Source: Thermodesulfovibrio sp. (GTDB lineage Bacteria > Nitrospirota > Thermodesulfovibrionia > Thermodesulfovibrionales > Thermodesulfovibrionaceae). Taken from it: a DNA stretch of 32,864 bases. A model generated the notes under the pieces. The model was not told where the DNA came from, searched no databases, and saw only the letters and a program-made list of their open reading frames with translations. Of the stretch, positions 1 to 6,477 are shown piece after piece. The DNA is taken from NCBI GenBank assembly GCA_026415995.1, contig JAOAGB010000063.1, forward strand, positions 1 through 32,864. Direction: 5' to 3'. A program made the position numbers and the translations under genes. The stretch's first letter is position 1; every line of letters starts with the position of its first letter.

Positions 1-615
1 ACCATAATAGGTCTTTAATTTATATAAAGTAAGTTCATCTGCAGAGGGTATATCTTTTTTTAAATCTTCTTCAGTTTTCTTTATAGCCTTTTCAATTTCA
101 TCTTTTATTTCTTTTGCAAGTATTCTCAAATCTCTTACTAAGGTAAGGCTCCAATAAAGCTCTTTGGTCTTTAAAATTAACTCTGACCGTTTCTTTTCGA
201 GCTCAGATTCAGAAACTTTTATACCTCCTTCTGCAGCAGTTTTGTAGCCAGAAATTTTGCCAAAGGTGTAAATGGGCTGTAAAACCTGCATTGTTAGCAT
301 TCCAAAAACACCATTAATTGTTGTTGACTTCACATCTGTTCTAATTTCAGGAGATATTGCTTCTTTTTCAGCCTTTGGTGAAGGTCCTCCGATTACCATA
401 AGTTCAATCTGTGGGAAAATAGCACCTTCAGCCTGATTCAGTTTTGCTTTGTAAATTTCAATATCCCTCTTATATTCTCCAAGTTCAGGATGAAATCTTA
501 TAACTCTCTCTATACAACCTTTGAGATCCAGAGATAAAGTTTCTTCTCCATAGCTTAAACCAGGAAACAAAAAAATAATTAAAAAAATTAAAATCCTAAA
601 TTTTACCAAACACAT
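1..615 (-). CDS. TolC-family outer membrane protein, 3'-truncated by window edge
   Basis: Not in the ORF track. Manual translation from ATG at 615 is open to position 1: MCLVKFRILIFLIIFLFPGLSYGEETLSLDLKGCIERVIRFHPEL...AIFPQIEL...VLQPIYTFGKI...LKTKELYWSL. Signal-peptide-like N-terminus and the P-x-I/L and Q-P-I-Y-T-F-G patterns of outer membrane efflux proteins. Start codon uncertain. Confidence 0.8.
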   Translation of the reverse strand, partial: MCLVKFRILIFLIIFLFPGLSYGEETLSLDLKGCIERVIRFHPELGEYKRDIEIYKAKLNQAEGAIFPQIELMVIGGPSPKAEKEAISPEIRTDVKSTTINGVFGMLTMQVLQPIYTFGKISGYKTAAEGGIKVSESELEKKRSELILKTKELYWSLTLVRDLRILAKEIKDEIEKAIKKTEEDLKKDIPSADELTLYKLKTYYG

Positions 616-1039
616 ATTTAGATAACACCTCCTCTATGTCTACTGATGATTCTGTTTCTCTAATTTTACCACCTTGTGCTAAATATTTCTCAGCCCCACC
701 TGGTGTAATCTGTATATATTTCTCTCCAATAAGGCCCTTGGTTCTAACAGAAGCGGTTGAATCTTCAGGTATTTTAATAGAGCTATTAATTCTAATCTCA
801 ACTATTGCTTGATACTTTTCATTAATTGTAACCTTTTCTACAGAACCTACAGGAACACCAGCTATTTCCACAACTGACCCCTTTTTAATTCCTCCAACCT
901 TATCAAATTCTGCATATAAATTATAATATCCTGTAGAGAACAAATCAATTTTACCAAGCTTAAAGGAAAGATATCCTAATGCAATTATCCCTATAAGTAC
1001 AAATATACCTACTGCTATTTCAAGATTTTCTCTCTTCAT
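596..1039 (-). CDS. mlaD: MCE/MlaD lipid-binding subunit
   Basis: N-terminal TM (IAVGIFVLIGIIAL) and MCE motifs (AEFDKVGGIKKGSVVEIAGVPVGSV, TKGLIGEKYIQITPG). Start moved to ATG 1039, which has GGAGG upstream. Confidence 0.92.
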   Translation of the reverse strand: MKRENLEIAVGIFVLIGIIALGYLSFKLGKIDLFSTGYYNLYAEFDKVGGIKKGSVVEIAGVPVGSVEKVTINEKYQAIVEIRINSSIKIPEDSTASVRTKGLIGEKYIQITPGGAEKYLAQGGKIRETESSVDIEEVLSKYVFGKI

Positions 1040-1775
1040 TTTTACCTCCATTTTCTATTCCCATTATAAAATTTTTTACAATAATATTCTCACTTTTCTG
1101 AATTTCCTCAGGAGTACCAACTTCAACAATTTTACCTTCATGAAGCATGGCAACTCTGTCTGAAATTTCAAATATTTCTGGAATCTCGTGGCTTATTATT
1201 AATCCTGTAAAACCATACTGTTTCTGTGTATCTCTTATAAGTTTATGAATGGAACGAACAAGTATAGGGTCAAGCCCTGTAGTAGGCTCATCAAAAAGTA
1301 TTATTTTTGGTTTTCCAATAAGGGCTCTTGCAAGGGCTACTCTTTTACGCATCCCGCCACTAAGCTCAGCAGGATATTTGTATTCCATGCCTTTCAGTCC
1401 AACATCTGCAAGTGCTATTAAAACTTTTTCGTTTATGATGTTTTTATCAAGCTTTGTTTTTTCTCTCAAGGGAAAGGCCACATTTTCGTAAACAGTCATT
1501 GAATCAAAGAGTGCTCCACCCTGAAAAACAACTCCTATTTCTGCCCTTATCTCATCAAGCTTGCTTCCTTTAAGTTCTGTGATATCTTGCCCTTTTATAA
1601 ATATACTTCCTCTGTCAGGCTTTAGTAATCCTACAATATGTTTTAAAAGGACAGATTTACCGCCTCCACTTCTTCCAATAATTGCTGTTACCTCTCCCTC
1701 ATTAATAGTAAGATTTACCCCCTTTAAAACATCCTGTTTTCCAAAAGATTTGTAAAGTTCTTTTATTTCAATCAT
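1020..1775 (-). CDS. mlaF: MlaF/Mkl ABC transporter ATPase
   Basis: Walker A GRSGGGKS, FQGGALFDSMTV, LSGGMRKR, DEPTTGLDP. Start moved to ATG 1775, overlapping the mlaE stop (ATGA). Confidence 0.93.
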   Translation of the reverse strand: MIEIKELYKSFGKQDVLKGVNLTINEGEVTAIIGRSGGGKSVLLKHIVGLLKPDRGSIFIKGQDITELKGSKLDEIRAEIGVVFQGGALFDSMTVYENVAFPLREKTKLDKNIINEKVLIALADVGLKGMEYKYPAELSGGMRKRVALARALIGKPKIILFDEPTTGLDPILVRSIHKLIRDTQKQYGFTGLIISHEIPEIFEISDRVAMLHEGKIVEVGTPEEIQKSENIIVKNFIMGIENGGKNEERKS

Positions 1776-2542
1776 AAGAGAAATGCTCCAAGCATATAAT
1801 CCCACAGGAGAATTACTACAGATGAAAGTACCACAGCATTTGTGGTAGCTCTGCTTACTCCTCTTGCTCCATAACCCGCGTTATAACCCATATAGGTACA
1901 AATCCATGTTACAAGAAGTCCAAAACTCAATGATTTATATAGACCAATCCTTATATCTTCCATATCAACATAAAGCTCCATCTGGGCAAAGTATGTTCCT
2001 TCGCTTAGACCAAGAGCATGAACTGATACAAGATAGCCTCCATATATTCCAACTACATCAAATATTGCTGTAAGCAGAGGAAAAGTTACTATACCTGCAA
2101 GAATATTGGGTACTATTACATATTTTATAGGATTAACTGCCATAACAGTAAGTGCGTCTATCTGTTCAGTAATCCTCATTATGCCAATTTCTGCAGTTAT
2201 TGCTGATCCCGCTCTTCCAGTAACCATTAATGCACATAGTACAGGACCTAATTCTCTAATAAGTGAAAGAGCAACCACAGGGCCTAATAATGCCTCTGCA
2301 CCGAATTTATTAAGAGCATAAAATCCTTGAAGAGCAAGAACCATTCCGCTGAAAGCTCCTGTAAAAATAACCACTATCATTGATTTATTGCCAAAAAATT
2401 TTATTTGTCTCAGTAAATTTTTAAATCTAAATGGCGGAGTAAAAATGTGAAAAATTACTTCTGAGAGGAATATAAAAATTCTTCCTAAAAATAGCCATAA
2501 ATTTATTACTCTAATACCAATATATCTAAATATTAAGTTCAT
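1772..2542 (-). CDS. mlaE: MlaE ABC transporter permease
   Basis: IRELGPVLCALMVTGRAGSAITAEIGIMRITEQIDAL and GVSRATTNAVV motifs. Confidence 0.95.
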   Translation of the reverse strand: MNLIFRYIGIRVINLWLFLGRIFIFLSEVIFHIFTPPFRFKNLLRQIKFFGNKSMIVVIFTGAFSGMVLALQGFYALNKFGAEALLGPVVALSLIRELGPVLCALMVTGRAGSAITAEIGIMRITEQIDALTVMAVNPIKYVIVPNILAGIVTFPLLTAIFDVVGIYGGYLVSVHALGLSEGTYFAQMELYVDMEDIRIGLYKSLSFGLLVTWICTYMGYNAGYGARGVSRATTNAVVLSSVVILLWDYMLGAFLL

Positions 2543-2551
2543 TGAAGTTTT

Positions 2552-2581
2552 AAGATATCTCTTTTATATTTTTTTTGTCAA
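2552..2581 (-). promoter_or_regulatory. Putative sigma70 promoter of the mla operon
   Basis: TTGACA (2581-2576), 18 nt, TATCTT (2557-2552), 9 nt before the mlaE ATG. Confidence 0.55.
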
Positions 2582-2765
2582 TATAAAGCAATCCTTGAAA
2601 TTATTAATAAATGATTAAGTTTAATTGAAAAAAAACAAACAGATTCTGATAACTTTATTCATACAGTATTAAAAATATCACGGAATTATCCTATAGATAG
2701 GGAATTATCTCAAATGAAGATAAAAAAGGAAAAAATTAAATATAAATGGTAATTATAAAAAATAC

Positions 2766-2842
2766 TGGGGCGGATGACGGGATTCGAACCCGCAGCACCT
2801 GGAGCCACAGTCCAGTGCTCTAACCTTTGAGCTACATCCGCC
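2766..2842 (-). tRNA. tRNA-His (GTG) with G-1 and encoded CCA
   Basis: G-GCGGATG...CATCCGC-C-CCA acceptor stem, anticodon arm CTGGA-CTGTGGC-TCCAG, T arm GGTTCGAATCC. Confidence 0.97.
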
Positions 2843-2844
2843 AA

Positions 2845-2918
<74 letters not shown>

Positions 2919-2928
2919 AAGATAATAT

Positions 2929-2958
2929 ATTTTAAAAATTTTATCCTTTTTATTGCAA
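2929..2958 (-). promoter_or_regulatory. Putative promoter of the tRNA pair
   Basis: TTGCAA (2958-2953), 18 nt, TAAAAT (2934-2929), about 10 nt before tRNA-Arg. Confidence 0.5.
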
Positions 2959-2976
2959 CATTTGATATAATCAGAA

Positions 2977-3219
2977 ATGCAAAAGAAAATTTATGAAATT
3001 GAGGAAAAATGCATAATAAAACAAAAATTTGGAAAATGTCTTATACCTTTTAGAGCTGCTCTTTTCTGCCTTGACTGTCTTACTATTCACATTAAAGATA
3101 AATGTCCAAACTGTCTTTCTACTAATTCAGTTAGACTTATTGAGCTTTTTATATCGACACCAGATGCGACTGAAGAACAAATCAAAGAGGTCATTCATAA
3201 AAAATTCATTCAAATATAA
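2977..3219 (+). CDS. Small hypothetical protein with zinc-ribbon-like CxxC-x8-CxxC
   Basis: 80 aa, CLDC-LTIHIKDK-CPNC. Fills an intergenic gap; extended -10 TGaTATAAT ends 5 nt before the ATG. Confidence 0.6.
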   Translation: MQKKIYEIEEKCIIKQKFGKCLIPFRAALFCLDCLTIHIKDKCPNCLSTNSVRLIELFISTPDATEEQIKEVIHKKFIQI

Positions 3220-3294
3220 CAACTTTTAAGCTTTTAAACAAATTTTGTTAAAAACTCTGTTAATCCTTTAAAAAACTTACGATAAAAAATGGAG

Positions 3295-3326
3295 AAATTG
3301 CTATTTGCTTAAATTTATAGCATTTT
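3295..3326. terminator. Weak possible terminator hairpin between convergent genes
   Basis: TGCTAT...ATAGCA inverted repeat flanked by A/T runs next to the cytochrome b stop. Confidence 0.3.
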
Positions 3327-3981
3327 AGTTTTTCTTTATTTCTTCATACCAGAGGGAATGTCTGTGCTTTACATATTCTTCATCTATATAACCTGTTAAC
3401 ATGCTTTTCAAAAGAGGCCAGTTTGACCTGAATAATAAAACTGTTCCCACATGAATAATAAAGGCAAAGATAAAAATGAAACCAGATAAAGTATGAATAA
3501 GAGTATTTATTGATTCAGCTAAAGGTGACAAAACAATCCATTCTAAATTTTTCAAAACCTTTATAATTCCTGTTACTGTTAATAAGATTATGATAAAACC
3601 TATTCCCACATAAGCAATTCTTTGCTCAGGAAGATATTTTTCTGATGGTGGCTCTTTACCCAAGCCAATCATAGCTCCTATGACTTTGATGCTTTTAGAA
3701 ATATCTCCCCTTTTTGGTAAAAGGGCAAAATCCCTTCTCAATCCATGATAAAATATATGAAAAATTACTGCAGATACAAAAACAACAGAGGCAACATAAT
3801 GCACTATAGTGACATTGTAAAAATCTGCTGTCCATCCAAAACCTGGGATCTCAGTAATATAGTATCTTTTATAAAGAGGAAGACATCCAAGTCCTGTAAA
3901 AAGAAGTACTATACCTGAAAAAGCTATGATCCAGTGTTCTATGATTTCAATTAAGCTATGTCTTTTAATTTTATTTTTCAT
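3325..3981 (-). CDS. Membrane di-heme cytochrome b subunit (FdnI/PhsC-like)
   Basis: Four hydrophobic segments with His ligand candidates (EHW, IVHY, FHIFYH, LIHT, IIHV), KYLPEQR and C-terminal SMLTGYIDEEYVKHRHSLWY typical of formate dehydrogenase gamma-like subunits. Confidence 0.85.
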   Translation of the reverse strand: MKNKIKRHSLIEIIEHWIIAFSGIVLLFTGLGCLPLYKRYYITEIPGFGWTADFYNVTIVHYVASVVFVSAVIFHIFYHGLRRDFALLPKRGDISKSIKVIGAMIGLGKEPPSEKYLPEQRIAYVGIGFIIILLTVTGIIKVLKNLEWIVLSPLAESINTLIHTLSGFIFIFAFIIHVGTVLLFRSNWPLLKSMLTGYIDEEYVKHRHSLWYEEIKKN

Positions 3982-4948
3982 CTTCCCTTTCCTTCTTGGA
4001 GCTTTTCTTAGACAATACTGCTCCTATACTTGCTCCAATCATGGATAAAAAGCCAGAAACTAAGACTATCTTGCCAATTGGGTTGAAAGTTGATTCTATC
4101 TTATTTTCTATTTTAACTGGCATCTGAAATCTATCTTTCTTTCCATTTATGACCTTCTCTATTGTTTCGAAGGGAATTTTAGATAGATACGAAGTAGATG
4201 TGCCACCATTTTGTGTATTTCCATAAATATATAATCCTTCTGCTTTTGCTCTACTATAGGCCATGTCAAAAACCTCTTTTCTTCTACCAAACATAAATAC
4301 TGCCTTATCCCCGAGTCTCTCTCTACAAGCAATTACACAGGCAGGTTCCTCACCTTTTTTTATCCTATCTTTACAAAGATCGCACTTATACATAACACCA
4401 CCACCTGCATACTTTGGCAAAATATCTAAATATATGCCTACACCAGCCTGTCTCTGAGGTATATGCCAAGGACAAACGTCCCTACATTTTGCTCCACCAA
4501 AGCATAGTTTGTCATTTATCACAGAATTACCCTCCGGTCCTTTTGTTAATGCACCAAAAGGGCATTCTCTCACACATGGCGGATTATCACAATGCATACA
4601 TCTTCTCGGTATATTAACCTCTTGACCATCAATATTTATCTTCTGAACAAATATCCAATTGTATGGAGTTAAAGTATCAATCTTATCCCTTTTATCTGAC
4701 CAATCTTCATAGCTTTTTCTTGGCCAGTAAGGAGGAATCGGCTTTTTAGGCTCAGGGAATCTATCCCTATTATATTCTCTACAAGCTTTTACACATCTTG
4801 GCATTATTTCGCCTTTACATCCATCACATTTAGTAAGATCAATTATTGTTGCATATTTGCCTTCAATAGCCTCTGCTTGATTGCCCAATAAAAATGAACC
4901 CAAAAGAGTTGAAGAAAAAGCAAGAAATCCTCTTCTTGAAATCTTCAT
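3971..4948 (-). CDS. Tat-exported four-cluster Fe-S protein (HybA/FdnH/NrfC-like) with C-terminal membrane anchor
   Basis: SRRGFL twin-arginine signal with AEA cleavage site; Cys groups CDGC..C..C, CMHCDNPPCVRECP, CFGGAKCRDVCP, CDLC..PACVIAC; hydrophobic C-terminal helix; AGGAGG RBS. Confidence 0.9.
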   Translation of the reverse strand: MKISRRGFLAFSSTLLGSFLLGNQAEAIEGKYATIIDLTKCDGCKGEIMPRCVKACREYNRDRFPEPKKPIPPYWPRKSYEDWSDKRDKIDTLTPYNWIFVQKINIDGQEVNIPRRCMHCDNPPCVRECPFGALTKGPEGNSVINDKLCFGGAKCRDVCPWHIPQRQAGVGIYLDILPKYAGGGVMYKCDLCKDRIKKGEEPACVIACRERLGDKAVFMFGRRKEVFDMAYSRAKAEGLYIYGNTQNGGTSTSYLSKIPFETIEKVINGKKDRFQMPVKIENKIESTFNPIGKIVLVSGFLSMIGASIGAVLSKKSSKKEREDEK

Positions 4949-4961
4949 TATATAACCTCCT

Positions 4962-4976
4962 TCGGCAAACTGCCGA
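4962..4976 (-). promoter_or_regulatory. Candidate bacterial SECIS hairpin
   Basis: UCGGCA-GUU-UGCCGA begins 12 nt after the in-frame UGA at 4991-4989; the loop starts with GU after an 18 nt spacer from the UGA. Confidence 0.5.
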
Positions 4977-4988
4977 TTAGCTTATCCT

Positions 4989-5171
4989 TCAACCGCCTGA
5001 GTTAAAATAAGGATTACAACTTATAACATTACTAGAAAATTGAGAAATTAATTTTTCTGTTTCATTAGTTCCGCAAATAGGACATTTTTCTTTTTCATCC
5101 CTTTTATTCACTGATTTAAATACTTCAAAAGTATTTAAGCATTTTTTACACCTATATTCATATACTGGCAT
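4989..5171 (-). CDS. FmdB-family zinc-ribbon protein (possibly extends to 4977 by Sec readthrough)
   Basis: MPVYEYRCKKC...FE...CPICG...KLIS signature; AGGAGG RBS. Confidence 0.92.
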   Translation of the reverse strand: MPVYEYRCKKCLNTFEVFKSVNKRDEKEKCPICGTNETEKLISQFSSNVISCNPYFNSGG

Positions 5172-5182
5172 ACAAACACCTC

Positions 5183-5446
5183 CTATACCGCAGAAATATA
5201 TGTTTTGATAACCTTCTCTATGTCTTTTTCAAGCTTATCTATAGAGCTTTCATTTTTATTTAAGCAATCTTTAAGATAAAATTTTACAATTAAAAAACCC
5301 GCACCCTTAAGAGCTCCATTTATGGAGGCAAATTGGGTTATTATTTCCTCACAAGCCCTTCCAGATTCAATCATTCGTTGTAATCCCCTTAACTGTCCCT
5401 CTATTCTTTTTAGTCTTTGAATTAATTTCGTTTTATTTTCCACCAC
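5183..5446 (-). CDS. CsoR/RcnR/CstR-family transcriptional repressor
   Basis: RLKRIEGQLRGLQRMIE...C32...Q...AL...C61 pattern; tandem GTG start options. Confidence 0.92.
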   Translation of the reverse strand: MVENKTKLIQRLKRIEGQLRGLQRMIESGRACEEIITQFASINGALKGAGFLIVKFYLKDCLNKNESSIDKLEKDIEKVIKTYISAV

Positions 5447-5449
5447 TTT

Positions 5450-5468
5450 GATACCTTACCCCCTTATC
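5450..5468. promoter_or_regulatory. Putative CsoR-family operator
   Basis: GATACCTTACCCCCTTATC: C5 tract flanked by GATA/TATC inverted repeat, between the promoter and start codon of the repressor gene. Confidence 0.55.
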
Positions 5469-5479
5469 TTATTTTTTAT

Positions 5480-5509
5480 AATATAAAATAAGCTTAATTT
5501 TGATGTCAA
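5480..5509 (-). promoter_or_regulatory. Putative sigma70 promoter of the csoR-like operon
   Basis: TTGACA (5509-5504), 18 nt, TATATT (5485-5480). Confidence 0.6.
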
Positions 5510-5529
5510 TAATGAGGGTATAATTTTGC

Positions 5530-5558
5530 TTGATTATTAAAAATTTTTATGCTAAAAT
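5530..5558 (+). promoter_or_regulatory. Putative sigma70 promoter of lysR
   Basis: TTGATT (5530-5535), 17 nt, TAAAAT (5553-5558) preceded by TGn. Confidence 0.6.
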
Positions 5559-5568
5559 TAATTTGTTT

Positions 5569-6477
5569 ATGGAAGACCATAAATTAAAAATATTTTGCAC
5601 TGTCGCAGAAACTAAGAGTTTCTCTAAAACTTCTGAAATCATTCATCTCACTCAACCTGCAGTTAGCCTTCAGATTCAAGCCCTGGAAGAACTTTATGAA
5701 ACAAAATTGTTTGATCGTTCATCAGGTACCATAACCCTTACACCTTCTGGCGAAATTCTATATAAATATGCAAAACAAATATTAACATTATATGCGGAAG
5801 CTGCGAAAGAAATAAGCAAAATAACAGGACTTATAAAAGGCTGTGTAAAAATAGGAGCAGGAACAACTGTTGGAAACTATATACTACCTGCAGTAGCAGT
5901 TGACTTTAAAAAAAGGCATCCTAAAATAAGAGTCAGCATTTCAATAGGTAATGCTAAGAAAATATTAGAAATGCTAAATACCAGCATGATAGATTTTGGC
6001 ATAATTTCTGAAATGCCAGGAAAGAGTAAATTCAATGTGGAATCAATAATATCAGATGAGCTATGTGTAATCTGCCCATCCGATCATCCTTTATGTAAAC
6101 AGAAAACCGTATCAATATATGACGTAGTAAAGGAACCTTTTGTTATTAGAGAAGAGGGATCAAGTACAAGAGTAATAATTGAGAAGTTTCTTAATGATAA
6201 TGGCCTTAGTATTTCCGATTTACACATTGCCCTTATTTTAGGCTCAACAGGTTCAATTAAAGAGGCTGTTGAAAGAGGAATGGGACTTTCAATTGTCTCT
6301 AAATGGGCAATAAGAAAAGAAGTATCCTGTGGAAACTTAAAAGTTCTAAGGCTCAAAGAGGGTGAAATAACAAGAGATTTTTATGTGGTATTACCTAAAA
6401 ATTCAATACTTGCTCCAGCTGTTGAAGAGTTCATATCCTATCTAAAAAATTACTCCTACAGTGACCTTCTTTTATAA
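5569..6477 (+). CDS. LysR-family transcriptional regulator (CysL/CmpR-like)
   Basis: HTH SFSKTSEIIHLTQPAVSLQIQALEE...LFDR, REEGSSTR in the effector domain. ATG 5569 preferred because the track's TTG 5530 coincides with the -35 box. Confidence 0.92.
   Translation: MEDHKLKIFCTVAETKSFSKTSEIIHLTQPAVSLQIQALEELYETKLFDRSSGTITLTPSGEILYKYAKQILTLYAEAAKEISKITGLIKGCVKIGAGTTVGNYILPAVAVDFKKRHPKIRVSISIGNAKKILEMLNTSMIDFGIISEMPGKSKFNVESIISDELCVICPSDHPLCKQKTVSIYDVVKEPFVIREEGSSTRVIIEKFLNDNGLSISDLHIALILGSTGSIKEAVERGMGLSIVSKWAIRKEVSCGNLKVLRLKEGEITRDFYVVLPKNSILAPAVEEFISYLKNYSYSDLLL

Noticed and set aside
2543-2765. AT-rich gap 3' of tRNA-His as a possible integration site or island scar
   Set aside because: No integrase, no duplicated tRNA 3' end seen, and flanking genes look core.
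3029-3229. 66-aa hydrophobic ORF overlapping the 2977 ORF
   Set aside because: TTG start without an SD; the alternative frame has a promoter-adjacent ATG and a Cys motif.
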